From assembly GCA_964596595.1 (NCBI GenBank), contig CAZQUI010000001.1:15817-79816 (forward strand): a stretch of DNA of 64,000 bases, read 5' to 3'. The position numbers were made by a program, and so were the translations under genes. The DNA comes from an uncultured Candidatus Saccharibacteria bacterium (GTDB taxonomy: Bacteria > Patescibacteriota > Minisyncoccia > Phycocordibacterales > PALSA-1337). Shown in pieces: positions 20,290 to 29,147 of the stretch. Every line of letters begins with the position of its first letter. The first letter of the stretch is position 1. Below the pieces are notes generated by a model. That model was not told where the DNA came from. It searched no databases and saw only the letters and a list, made by a program, of their open reading frames with translations.

Positions 20290-20545
20290 GGGACCGAAAA
20301 TGCACAATCGGTCTCAAAAAAGAAAGAGATAGGGACAAAAAAGCACCTAGTTGGTTTTTGTCATCAGGGCCAGCCGGTTAGCTCTTAAGACCCTATCTCA
20401 AACTCAAAGAACAAATATAAATGGAGGCCGAAGCCTTTGGTGATAGATATCATCATCAATCGCCTCTTCAATACAAGGAAGGAGCTTGAACCTCCGAGAC
20501 GGGGACAATGAACCCTCACGAGACTCCGACCTCCAAAATTTAAAC
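20290..20545 (-). ncRNA. Candidate riboswitch/structured leader RNA of glyA, class unassigned
   Basis: About 255 nt, ORF-free and GC-enriched. A 113-nt domain is closed by a GGAGGUC/GGCCUCC long-range stem with an internal GGC-UUCG-GCC tetraloop hairpin. It is followed by the stem GAUAGGG...CCCUAUC and the hairpin GACCGA-N9-UCGGUC. The whole lies between the promoter and the terminator above. Confidence 0.4.
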
Positions 20546-20553
20546 TAAAGTGA

Positions 20554-20582
20554 AATATAGTACACAATACACATAAAGTCAA
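20554..20582 (-). promoter_or_regulatory. Sigma70-like promoter driving the glyA leader
   Basis: Minus strand reads TTGACT, then 17 nt, then TATATT (-35 at 20577-20582, -10 at 20554-20559). Confidence 0.45.
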
Positions 20583-20672
20583 CAGATTATGCACAGTTTT
20601 ATGCACATATAATAAAATTAGGTCTAGGCCTACCCTTGTAATTGTACAAGAATAAGCCTCGCCCCTTAGCTC

Positions 20673-21095
20673 TTATTTACCGGTGCTACCGAAACCACTT
20701 TGACCTCTAGAAGTGTCTGAAAGTTCTTGTGACTCAATTATTTCAAAATTTTCAATTTTTTGGATAAGAATTTGAGCTACTTTATGTCCCGGTTCAAAGG
20801 TATATTCCTGATTACTCAGATTTATCACTCCAATTAAAATTTCACCTCTATAACCAGCATCAATTACCCCGCCCAAGGTTTTAATACCCTCTTTTATGGC
20901 AATGCCGCTTTTGTCCCAAATAAGCCCGACATAACCTAGTGGTATTTCTAAACAAATACCTGTAGCAATAGTCGTACGTTCCAATGGTTTGAGAGTTACC
21001 GTATTTAAAGCATAGAGGTCAATACCAGCATCCCCCACATGAGCACGAGATGGTAGTTTGGCAGAGAGATGAAGTTTTTTGATATTGATTTTCAA
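20673..21095 (-). CDS. dut: dUTP diphosphatase
   Basis: 'AHVGDAGIDLYA' motif and a 140-aa trimeric dUTPase layout. Confidence 0.85.
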   Translation of the reverse strand: MKINIKKLHLSAKLPSRAHVGDAGIDLYALNTVTLKPLERTTIATGICLEIPLGYVGLIWDKSGIAIKEGIKTLGGVIDAGYRGEILIGVINLSNQEYTFEPGHKVAQILIQKIENFEIIESQELSDTSRGQSGFGSTGK

Positions 21096-21147
21096 GATAT
21101 GTAAATAATATCACGACAATAAATTTTAAAAATGATATATTTGTGCC

Positions 21148-22059
21148 ATGAAACCAATAAGCCAAAGAACGCCCGATAACCAATACCAAAGACTTTTACG
21201 AGACATTTTAGAAAAAGGAGAAAGATCAACCAGTCAACAAGGAGTAGACACCATTAGTTTAATTGCCCCACAACCTATGCGTTTTCGTTTTGATAATGGT
21301 TTTCCGATCATCAATGAACGAAATATGTCCCCCAAAGAATCTGATCGATTACCAGTCACCGTATGGCAACAGGCCATCGGAGAAATTTGCGCATTTGCAA
21401 ATGGTGTTCGTACACAAAAAGGCTTAGAAGAATTTGGCTGTCATTGGTGGAGTTCCTGGGTAACTGAAGAAAAATGCAAAAAACGCGGCCTGGAAACTGG
21501 TGATTTAGGGCCTGGTTCCTACGGTGCAGCATTTCATGATTTTCCTACAGCCGAAGGAGAAACCTACAATCAATTTAAAAATATAATTGAACAAATTATC
21601 GAATTTCCTCATCTGAAAACTCATTTTATCTCTCCTTGGATTCCTCAATACATTATTCGTGGAACAGGAAAACAACAAAAAGTAGTCGTCTGCCCTTGTC
21701 ATGGCTGGATACACCTTCGAGTTCTCGATAACAAATTAACTCTACACATGTTTCAACGATCAGGTGATGTTCCGGTAGGAGTCCCTTCAAACATGGTCCA
21801 GTACGGAGCTTTACTTATGATGATTGCCCAAGTAACTAACACTATCCCGTATGAATTTGTTCACAGTTTTTCTGATGCTCATATATTCGTAGATCAAATT
21901 CCTGCCGTAGAAACCATGCTTTCTCGAGAACCTAAAACTTTTGCAACCATGAAGATAGACACCTCAATTAAAAATTTTTTCGATTTCAGAAAAGAACATT
22001 TTACCCTCGAAGATTACAATCCTCACCCTGGCATCAAAGGTATCCCGGTAGCCATATAA
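21148..22059 (+). CDS. thyA: Thymidylate synthase (ThyA type)
   Basis: 'CPCHGW', 'QRSGDVPVGVPSNMVQYGALLMMIAQ' and C-terminal 'YNPHPGIKGIPVAI' are collinear with canonical ThyA motifs (PCH nucleophile, 'QRS.D', 'HPxIK'). Confidence 0.85.
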   Translation: MKPISQRTPDNQYQRLLRDILEKGERSTSQQGVDTISLIAPQPMRFRFDNGFPIINERNMSPKESDRLPVTVWQQAIGEICAFANGVRTQKGLEEFGCHWWSSWVTEEKCKKRGLETGDLGPGSYGAAFHDFPTAEGETYNQFKNIIEQIIEFPHLKTHFISPWIPQYIIRGTGKQQKVVVCPCHGWIHLRVLDNKLTLHMFQRSGDVPVGVPSNMVQYGALLMMIAQVTNTIPYEFVHSFSDAHIFVDQIPAVETMLSREPKTFATMKIDTSIKNFFDFRKEHFTLEDYNPHPGIKGIPVAI

Positions 22060-22063
22060 CACC

Positions 22064-22564
22064 ATGACTGAAGACCCAAAAAACAGATTCATTAATATTT
22101 CAAGTATCCGCCGCGAAGATCAACGTGCGGTTATGGAAAAAATCAGAGAAGAAGGTCATTGCCCTTTTTGTCGTGAAAATTTAGCTAAATATCATAAAAA
22201 TCCTATTTTAAAAGAAGGTAAATTTTGGTTACTTACTGACAACCAGTGGCCGTATGAAAAAGTAAAACATCAGATGCTAGCAATTTACAAAACTCACGTT
22301 GAACATATTTCAGAAATAGATCCTGAGGCAGGAAAAGAGCTTGTTGAAATGTTTGCTCAAGCCGCCCGAGAAAGAAAAATATCCGGAGGAGGAATGGCAA
22401 TGCGTTTTGGCTCATCAGAACATGGTAATTATGGATCGAGTGTTTTACACATTCACGCCCATCTTATAGAACCTGATCTTGCGGCTCTTGATCAAGACGA
22501 AGCTTGGAAATTTAAATTCGGACAACCAAAAAATTACAAAAAGAAAACAGGACAGGAACAATAA
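22064..22564 (+). CDS. HIT-family hydrolase
   Basis: Histidine triad 'HIHAHLIEP' and a CxxC pair 'CPFC' near the N-terminus; 166 aa. Confidence 0.75.
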   Translation: MTEDPKNRFINISSIRREDQRAVMEKIREEGHCPFCRENLAKYHKNPILKEGKFWLLTDNQWPYEKVKHQMLAIYKTHVEHISEIDPEAGKELVEMFAQAARERKISGGGMAMRFGSSEHGNYGSSVLHIHAHLIEPDLAALDQDEAWKFKFGQPKNYKKKTGQEQ

Positions 22565-22572
22565 ATAAAAAA

Positions 22573-23487
22573 TTATTTATTGTTATTTACAAATATAATC
22601 TCTACACCCTGACTTCTTAAAATACTTTCCCCGTCCAAAACTTTATACCCTACTCTATAAAATAACCTTTTTATACCAGCGTAGGCGAGCTGTTTTGCAC
22701 ACGGTGGACACGGAAAAGCTTCAGAATAAACATCGACACCTTTTAGAGAAATTCCTTCTTTAGCGGCTTGAGCCACCAGACCCGCTTCTGCATGTAATGC
22801 CAGAGATGATTCAAGATGAACTCCGCTTTTAAAATTGCTCCGGGGATCCCCTTGATCATAAGCAATTTGATCAGAAGGAACATACCGATTATGTGTTTTA
22901 ATTATCACTTTTCCATCTTTTACCGCAATAGCCCCTAACCTTCGCCACCAATCTTTTGCCGTAAGACCTTCCTCTTCAACCAGAGTCATCATTTTTTTAT
23001 CAAAATCACGTTCACTTATTGTAACATCTGCTGAAACGGGCAATGATTCTATAGAAGTCTTTTTATCCCAACGAAGGAAAATAGTATCCATTTCAATAGA
23101 TCTGGTAATGTCTTTAAAATGCGTCTCTATAAGTGCTGTCGTTAGATCATCATTGGATACAATAAACGTGTCATTACTTTTTTTAAGTTCTTCAATTTTT
23201 TTAAGATCTAAAATTTCTACCCTTTTAAATATTCCCCATGACTCAATGGCTTTGCAAACCAAATCAGGCGAAAGCTTTCTGATATCTTTTATTAAATGTT
23301 CATATGTAGCACAAACCTCTTCTCCAAAAATATATAAACCCTTTACATCTTTATGTTTTTCAAAAAAAGTCCGATATCCTTCATGTAAAACTGGCACGTA
23401 TGCAATAATTATTTTATCGACATTTTCTTGTCGGTTTTTTTTCATGCTATTTTTTCTTTGAGCCCGAATGTCCAACCAAAGCATCAT
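22573..23487 (-). CDS. dCMP/cytidine deaminase domain protein with an uncharacterised ~150-aa N-terminal domain
   Basis: C-terminal zinc motifs 'HAEAGLVAQA' and 'PCPPCAKQL' match the CDA/dCMP deaminase fold. The N-terminal half has no recognisable motif. Confidence 0.7.
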   Translation of the reverse strand: MMLWLDIRAQRKNSMKKNRQENVDKIIIAYVPVLHEGYRTFFEKHKDVKGLYIFGEEVCATYEHLIKDIRKLSPDLVCKAIESWGIFKRVEILDLKKIEELKKSNDTFIVSNDDLTTALIETHFKDITRSIEMDTIFLRWDKKTSIESLPVSADVTISERDFDKKMMTLVEEEGLTAKDWWRRLGAIAVKDGKVIIKTHNRYVPSDQIAYDQGDPRSNFKSGVHLESSLALHAEAGLVAQAAKEGISLKGVDVYSEAFPCPPCAKQLAYAGIKRLFYRVGYKVLDGESILRSQGVEIIFVNNNK

Positions 23488-24115
23488 TAATCATATCTGC
23501 AAATTTAGGAATAATGGCTTTTTCAAAACGTTTAGCTAATTTGAGTTGCATGAGACGAATCTTGGCACTCGTAGAAGTAGTGGCCCGAGGTTGTAAAATC
23601 TTTACCTTACCACACAGCTTACTCATTTCTGCCATCTTAGCCTTACCATATTTTTTTACAGTTTCTTCGGTAACAATAAGAACATCAGGATTCACCATTT
23701 TTATGAGTGCCCATTGTGGCATATCGACATCTTTAATGGTGACAATATCTACTGGTCGTAAGTGTGTAACCATCTCCAATCTTTCCTTTTCTGGAACAAG
23801 TGGTCGATCGGGACCTTTACGAGCACGGACTTTTTTATCACTATCAACTCCTACCACCAAGAGATCACCGTGCTTTTTTGCCTCTTCAAAATAACGAGCA
23901 TGACCAATATGAACCATATCGTATGTACCCTGAGTAAGAACTATTTTAAGACCAATACCTTTACAGTGATCAACCACTTCTTTGAGACGCTTATAATCAG
24001 GTATAAAACGATCTTCAAAATTGGAACCATGACCGAATATTCCTCCATTAGTAAAAAAGCTTTTATTTGTCATATTGGTTATTGTTGTGCACTTTAACTT
24101 ATCATATTGTTGCAC
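23447..24115 (-). CDS. Cytidylyltransferase-like nucleotidyltransferase (RfaE domain II / TagD-like)
   Basis: 'GTYDMVHIGHARYFEEAKKHGDLLVVGVDSDKKVRARKG..RPLVPEKERLEMV..LRPVDIV' matches the (H/T)xGH Rossmann nucleotidyltransferase pattern. It overlaps the preceding gene by about 40 nt. Confidence 0.5.
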   Translation of the reverse strand: MQQYDKLKCTTITNMTNKSFFTNGGIFGHGSNFEDRFIPDYKRLKEVVDHCKGIGLKIVLTQGTYDMVHIGHARYFEEAKKHGDLLVVGVDSDKKVRARKGPDRPLVPEKERLEMVTHLRPVDIVTIKDVDMPQWALIKMVNPDVLIVTEETVKKYGKAKMAEMSKLCGKVKILQPRATTSTSAKIRLMQLKLAKRFEKAIIPKFADMINDALVGHSGSKKK

Positions 24116-24131
24116 ATGCTACAATAATCCC

Positions 24132-24623
24132 ATGAAAACTTTCATCATTGCTGCTTTATCAGCCGATGGATTCATTGCTAAAGATGAAAATCATTCAGCT
24201 TTATGGACCAGCAAAGAAGATAAACGCCGTTTTGTCGAATTGACCAAGAGAGCTGGGGTCGTTGTGATGGGTGCCAAAACTTTCAAAACCTTGCCACGCC
24301 CACTCAAAGAACGAGTAAACATCGTCTATTCACGATCACAAAATTTTGAAGGTGCAGAAATTACCCAGAAAAGTCCGCATGATTTATTGGCCGAATTAGA
24401 AAGTCGTGGATTCAAAGAAGTAGCAATCTGTGGAGGTTCACAAATATATAACATGTTCATGAAAGCTAAATTGGTAGATCGTATATACCTAACTATTGAA
24501 CCTTTGGTGTTCGGTAAAGGCATTAATTTATTCAGCGAAGACATGTTAGCTCAGCTCAAACTAGAGACTTGTGGACAGACGGAGAATGGAGCGATTCTCC
24601 TCGAATACAGTGTTCAAAAATAA
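24132..24623 (+). CDS. folA: Dihydrofolate reductase
   Basis: 'KTFIIAALSADGFIA', 'VVVMGAKTFKTLPRPLKERVNIVYSRS' and 'ICGGSQIY' align to DHFR blocks (IAA..IG; MGRKTFESIGRPLPGR.NIVLSR; VIGGG.IY). Start chosen at MKTF (24132). Confidence 0.65.
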   Translation: MKTFIIAALSADGFIAKDENHSALWTSKEDKRRFVELTKRAGVVVMGAKTFKTLPRPLKERVNIVYSRSQNFEGAEITQKSPHDLLAELESRGFKEVAICGGSQIYNMFMKAKLVDRIYLTIEPLVFGKGINLFSEDMLAQLKLETCGQTENGAILLEYSVQK

Positions 24624-24626
24624 AAA

Positions 24627-24652
24627 GCGGTTTTAGCCGCTTTTTATTTTAA
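24627..24652. terminator. Bidirectional intrinsic terminator between folA (+) and rplK (-)
   Basis: aaagcgg-tttta-gccgcttt hairpin flanked by T-runs on both strands. Confidence 0.5.
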
Positions 24653-24672
24653 GAATCAAAAAGTGAGTTTCT

Positions 24673-25095
24673 TTACTTTATCTCAACACCCATCTGTCTT
24701 GCAGTACCAGCGACAATCTTCATAGCTCCTTCAATACTATTTGCATTGAGATCTGGCATCTTCTTTTCTGCGATTTCTTTGACTTGCGCTTTGGTCAGTG
24801 TACCAACCTTTACAAGATTTGGCTTACCAGAACCCTTCTCTTTCTTGAGAGCCTTAAGGATAAGACTAGAAGTTGGTGGGGTCTTGAGGACAAAATCATA
24901 AGATCGATCTTCATAGACACTAATGACCACTGGGATCATATCCCCAATCATATTCTTGGTCGCATCGTTGAACTTCTTGGTGAAGTCACCGATATTAACG
25001 CCGGCCTGACCCAAAGTTGGACCAAGTGGTGGAGCTGGAGTAGCCTTACCTGCTGGAGCAATTACTTTTACTTTTTTTACGATTTTTTTAGCCAT
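24673..25095 (-). CDS. rplK: 50S ribosomal protein L11
   Basis: '[26 protein letters not shown]' is a canonical L11 N-terminal motif. Confidence 0.9.
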   Translation of the reverse strand: MAKKIVKKVKVIAPAGKATPAPPLGPTLGQAGVNIGDFTKKFNDATKNMIGDMIPVVISVYEDRSYDFVLKTPPTSSLILKALKKEKGSGKPNLVKVGTLTKAQVKEIAEKKMPDLNANSIEGAMKIVAGTARQMGVEIK

Positions 25096-25118
25096 GATAT
25101 TGTTACGGGGATATTACA

Positions 25119-25664
25119 TTAAACTTTCTTTACCTGCAAGAAATCCAATTCGACTGGAGTTTCGCGACCGAACATAGATACCAAAACTTTTACCTTACCA
25201 CGCTGTGTATCTATTTCACTAACTTTACCTTCAAAATCTTTAAATGGACCGTCGCTGATCTTTACTAGGTCTCCCATAGAAAGATCAATTGCATGTTCAG
25301 CGTTACCATTTGACATGCGAGAGAACAATGACTCTAAATCTTTTGGATCAATAGGAACCGGTGAAACCCCTGCCCCTACGAAACCTGTAACTCGAGGAGT
25401 ATTGCGTACTACGTACCAAGAATCATCTGTTACAACCATTTCTACAAGTACATAACCAGGATAAATCTTTTCTTCCTCTTCAACACGCTTTCCTGCTTTG
25501 ATTTTAATCTTTTTTTCAGTTGGAACTATGACATTAAAAATTCGATCTTCCATACCAAGAGATTCTATACGCTGTTTAAGATTGCGCGCTACAGCGTTTT
25601 CATATCCAGCATAGGTATGTATAGCATACCAATTTCTTTCTCCTGTTGAATGCTGTTTAGACAT
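25119..25664 (-). CDS. nusG: Transcription termination/antitermination factor NusG
   Basis: 'NWYAIHTYAGYENAV' NGN domain and C-terminal KOW 'GDLVKISDGPFKDFEGKV'. Confidence 0.85.
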   Translation of the reverse strand: MSKQHSTGERNWYAIHTYAGYENAVARNLKQRIESLGMEDRIFNVIVPTEKKIKIKAGKRVEEEEKIYPGYVLVEMVVTDDSWYVVRNTPRVTGFVGAGVSPVPIDPKDLESLFSRMSNGNAEHAIDLSMGDLVKISDGPFKDFEGKVSEIDTQRGKVKVLVSMFGRETPVELDFLQVKKV

Positions 25665-25694
25665 AATAATAAAATAAATTAAATAGACAAAAAA

Positions 25695-25871
25695 TTAGAA
25701 TAAAAGAGTTAGAAGTTTAGAAAATACAAAATCAGATACACCAAGAAGTACAGCTGTAAGCACTGACACAGCTATAACCATTAGAGTAAAACTAATGGTC
25801 TGATTGCGACTAGGCCATACAACATGACTCATTTCTACCTTAGTTTGTTTGATATATTCAGCAAATTTCAT
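25695..25871 (-). CDS. secE: Preprotein translocase subunit SecE, 58 aa, not in the ORF track
   Basis: Manual translation gives MKFAEYIKQTKVEMSHVVWPSRNQTISFTLMVIAVSVLTAVLLGVSDFVFSKLLTLLF. It has the conserved 'KVxWP' motif, a single TM helix and the classic secE-nusG-rplK order. Confidence 0.7.
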   Translation of the reverse strand: MKFAEYIKQTKVEMSHVVWPSRNQTISFTLMVIAVSVLTAVLLGVSDFVFSKLLTLLF

Positions 25872-25950
25872 GTGTTCTTTTATTAAAAAACCCCTTGAGG
25901 GGATTTACATTTACATATTAACGTATCTTAGGAGAAAGTCAATGCTATAA

Positions 25951-25995
25951 ACAAAAACAAAATACCCCCTGACGATAAAATCATCAGGGGGTATT
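25951..25995. terminator. Bidirectional intrinsic terminator after the SIMPL-domain gene
   Basis: ataccccctga-N11-tcagggggtat perfect 11-bp inverted repeat flanked by ttttaag (plus) and ttttgtttttg (minus). Confidence 0.55.
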
Positions 25996-26048
25996 TTAAG
26001 AATTAACTACTCAAAATTTATAGATATAAAAATTTGAGTATACATTAA

Positions 26049-26840
26049 CTAACGAATCTCGTAAGTTATGGAGACTCTAGCCTCTATCTTTTGTTCACCA
26101 ACAGGAATTTGTGGTGCTGCTGGAGCGATAGCTTCACTCTTTACAGCCGACATGGCCATATCACCACCACGACCATAATAATAGTAATCATCAGTCATAT
26201 CGTAATAACCAGTGATACGAACCAATTTTACGCCAAGTTGTTTTGCAAGTTCATTTGCTTTATTTTGAGCATCAGCAATAGCCTTTGTGCGAGCTTTTGC
26301 TTTGACTTTTTCAATTTCATCAACTGAGAACTGGATACTATTTACATTATCAACATCCAAGGAACCAATTGTTGTGAATAGTGAACCTACTTTTTTTGTA
26401 TCACGAACTTTTACCTCTACGTTTTGACTAACATCATAACCAGTAAGAACATTTTTTCCTGGCATACAACGAAGGGCTGTACATATACCCTGTTCGTATT
26501 CGTAATGAGGATTAATGCTATAAGAAGTTGTCTTGATATCTTTTTCTTCGACACCTGCTTCTTTTATAGCAGCCAAAGCAGCGTTAAATTTTTTTGTTGC
26601 TTTTTCTTGGGCCACAGAAACATCTTTATTAGTTTCGGTGATACCAAAAGTAAATGTTGCCACATCCGGAATAGCAACTTCTTCGCCTTTACCGTTAACA
26701 GAAATACTGTTCATGATTGGTGTATCTTTACCAACATAAGCAATAGACTTTAATTGCTTTATGGATATAACGGCAAGAAATACAGCGAGGAGAACTCCGA
26801 CCCACACTCCTATTTTCCAAAGTTTTTCTTTATTATTCAT
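26049..26840 (-). CDS. SIMPL/DUF541-domain periplasmic protein
   Basis: Signal anchor, then 'NGKGEEVAIPDVATFTFGITE..KDV..A.........L...KEAGVEEKDIKTTSYSINPHYEY', which follows the SIMPL family pattern. Confidence 0.65.
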   Translation of the reverse strand: MNNKEKLWKIGVWVGVLLAVFLAVISIKQLKSIAYVGKDTPIMNSISVNGKGEEVAIPDVATFTFGITETNKDVSVAQEKATKKFNAALAAIKEAGVEEKDIKTTSYSINPHYEYEQGICTALRCMPGKNVLTGYDVSQNVEVKVRDTKKVGSLFTTIGSLDVDNVNSIQFSVDEIEKVKAKARTKAIADAQNKANELAKQLGVKLVRITGYYDMTDDYYYYGRGGDMAMSAVKSEAIAPAAPQIPVGEQKIEARVSITYEIR

Positions 26841-26877
26841 AATTTTTTTAAACTAATTTATATTTATAATAAATATA

Positions 26878-27699
26878 TTATACCTCACAAAGATCTAATA
26901 TATTCTCAAACAATGCTGTAACTGTCATTGGTCCTACTCCACCTGGAACTGGAGTAATAGCGCTAACTATATCTTTTACAGCATTAAAATCAACATCCCC
27001 AATAAAACTTTTATCTAAAGTTGAATTTATACCAACATCTACAACAACCTGCCCCTCTCTAATATGTTTTTCTCCAATGAGATTAGCAGAGCCTGCTGCC
27101 ACAATTACAATATCTGCCTCTTTGACTTCTTTTACCAAATCTACTGTGCCACGATGACAAATAGTCACAATTGCACCTTCTTTTTGAAACATATTTGCCA
27201 CCGGTTTGCCAACCAAAATAGAACGCCCGATAACACACACTTTCTTTTTATTAAAATCAATATTGTAATATTTTAACAACTCCTTAATACCCCGAGCAGT
27301 AGCCGGCATAACTTTTGTATTTTTAGTCAGACCATCAGCATCTTTTTTGGGGTCTATAGCTTCAATAACAACATCCCGATTTATATTGATAGGCAAAGGA
27401 AGTTGAACAATAATAGCATTTATAAGATTATCATTATTACACTCTTTTATCTTAGAAATTAGATCTTTTTCTGAAATTAATTTTGGTAATTGAATATGTT
27501 TTACAGAAATTCCAATTTTTTTAGCAAATAATTTTTTTGCACCAATATAAGAATTTGAATCCAACCTTTCACCAACCTGAATAATTGCTAAAGTTGGTGT
27601 GTATGAAAGTTGCTTCACTCTATCTATCAAATCAGGGATGATAGAATCACGGACAATTTTTCCAGAAAGAATAGTGGCTGACATAGCAAATAGGAGCAT
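26878..27699 (-). CDS. folD: Bifunctional methylene-THF dehydrogenase/methenyl-THF cyclohydrolase
   Basis: 'TPTLAIIQVGERLDSNSYIGAKKLFAKKIGI', 'VIGRSILVGKPVANMF' and 'PVPGGVGPMTVTALFENIL' FolD signatures. Confidence 0.9.
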   Translation of the reverse strand: MLLFAMSATILSGKIVRDSIIPDLIDRVKQLSYTPTLAIIQVGERLDSNSYIGAKKLFAKKIGISVKHIQLPKLISEKDLISKIKECNNDNLINAIIVQLPLPININRDVVIEAIDPKKDADGLTKNTKVMPATARGIKELLKYYNIDFNKKKVCVIGRSILVGKPVANMFQKEGAIVTICHRGTVDLVKEVKEADIVIVAAGSANLIGEKHIREGQVVVDVGINSTLDKSFIGDVDFNAVKDIVSAITPVPGGVGPMTVTALFENILDLCEV

Positions 27700-27733
27700 A
27701 ACATAAATACGGAGGTCGGACCTCCCTCACCTC

Positions 27734-28642
27734 TCACTTTGACCATCGAGCAAATATGCCACAAGGTAACAATCTACCATTTTTTGAACTTTCTTTTATT
27801 GTCAATTCTCCGACTTCAATTTCTCCACCCATTTTTTCCTTTAGAGAAAGAAGGTTATTTTCATAAGCAATCGCAGAGTAACCAGCCGAATATCCATTGA
27901 TCAAAAAGAACAAAGGATCTGGTTTTAAAAGTTTTTTACAATTTTCCATAAGAGCCAAAAAATGTTCTTCAATTTTCCAAATTTCACTATCTGGTCCGTG
28001 ACCAAAAGCGGGAGGATCCATGATAATAGCATCGTATGTCTTACCGCGACGGATTTCGCGTTCAACAAAAACACGAGCATCTTCGATGATCCAACGAACT
28101 GGTTTATCGGCTAAACCAGATGATTCAGCATTTTCTCTTGCCCAAGTAATTGCAGCTTTTGAACTGTCGATATGAACAACTTTTGCCCCTGCCTTTGCGG
28201 CTGTAAGTGTTGCTCCCCCTGTATATCCAAAAAGATTTAATACCTCTACCTCATCTTGAGTTTTTTTATCTTTGATTTTTAATATCTGATCTTTAATCTT
28301 GCTCTCTATCCATTTCCAATTCGCTAATTGCTCTGGAAATATTCCAGTATGCTTAAAAGCTGTAGGCTTTATCCATAATTTCAAACCACCAAAATTTATG
28401 CTCCATTTTTCAAGATTTTTACCATCTTTATATGTCCATTCTGCACCACTACTATCACGAGTAAAATAAGCTTCTGCTTTTTTCCACTCAATAACCGGAA
28501 GTTTTTTTGACCATAAGGCTTGAGGATCTGGACGAGAAAGAATGTGATTACCAAATCGTTCCAACTTTTCCCCTTCCCCAGAATCAAGTAACTCATAATC
28601 CAAAGAATCTGGAACTACCAATATTTTAGAAAATTTATCCAT
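27734..28642 (-). CDS. Class I SAM-dependent RNA methyltransferase (RlmI/RlmK-like)
   Basis: 'LNLFGYTGGATLTAAKAGAKVVHIDSSKAAI' SAM-binding motif I and 'IIMDPPAFGHG' motif IV. Confidence 0.7.
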   Translation of the reverse strand: MDKFSKILVVPDSLDYELLDSGEGEKLERFGNHILSRPDPQALWSKKLPVIEWKKAEAYFTRDSSGAEWTYKDGKNLEKWSINFGGLKLWIKPTAFKHTGIFPEQLANWKWIESKIKDQILKIKDKKTQDEVEVLNLFGYTGGATLTAAKAGAKVVHIDSSKAAITWARENAESSGLADKPVRWIIEDARVFVEREIRRGKTYDAIIMDPPAFGHGPDSEIWKIEEHFLALMENCKKLLKPDPLFFLINGYSAGYSAIAYENNLLSLKEKMGGEIEVGELTIKESSKNGRLLPCGIFARWSK

Positions 28643-28652
28643 AAAGATTTAT

Positions 28653-29147
28653 TTACACTACATCTTGCTGATTTATACGATATTTGGCAAACACATAAAT
28701 AGTCAGGGCAAACAAAGCAGTAGAAGTAGCAGCTGAACCTAGACAATAGAAACAGAAGGCTTTAATTACAATGGCTTGTAAATAAAACAGGTACAAAGAC
28801 ATAAGGAATCCAATAATAGTCAGAGCCAGAGTTGTCCTAATATATAATTCTTTTTTACTTTCAAAATAAATCAGAGATCCAACCAAGATAATTAAATAGT
28901 AAAAAGCTCCGCCAAGAGCAAGCGGTATCCCCCAAATAATCGAGTATTCACTAGTCAAAACTTGTTCGCAACCACCTACAGTACAAGGCGGTATAACTCC
29001 AGAATAATGCTCAATAGTTAAGTAAGTAGCATCAGCAAAACCAATTAGAGCCAAAAGTACAATAGCGATAATTAATTTATTTGGTAACGGAAGTAATGGC
29101 GTCTTCAATAATTTTTTTAAATTCTGCATAACTTGTAGGATTAGCAA
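28653..29147 (-). CDS. Vitamin K epoxide reductase (VKOR)-family membrane oxidoreductase
   Basis: Four-TM protein with 'CTVGGCEQV' CxxC in the first loop region and a second Cys pair 'CFYC'. Confidence 0.7.
   Translation of the reverse strand: MLILQVMQNLKKLLKTPLLPLPNKLIIAIVLLALIGFADATYLTIEHYSGVIPPCTVGGCEQVLTSEYSIIWGIPLALGGAFYYLIILVGSLIYFESKKELYIRTTLALTIIGFLMSLYLFYLQAIVIKAFCFYCLGSAATSTALFALTIYVFAKYRINQQDVV

Noticed and set aside
20385-20606. 73-aa ORF on the minus strand between dut and glyA.
   Set aside because: It sits inside the structured leader and promoter region. The translation is Cys/Leu-rich with no features, and a terminator lies within the adjacent extension of glyA.
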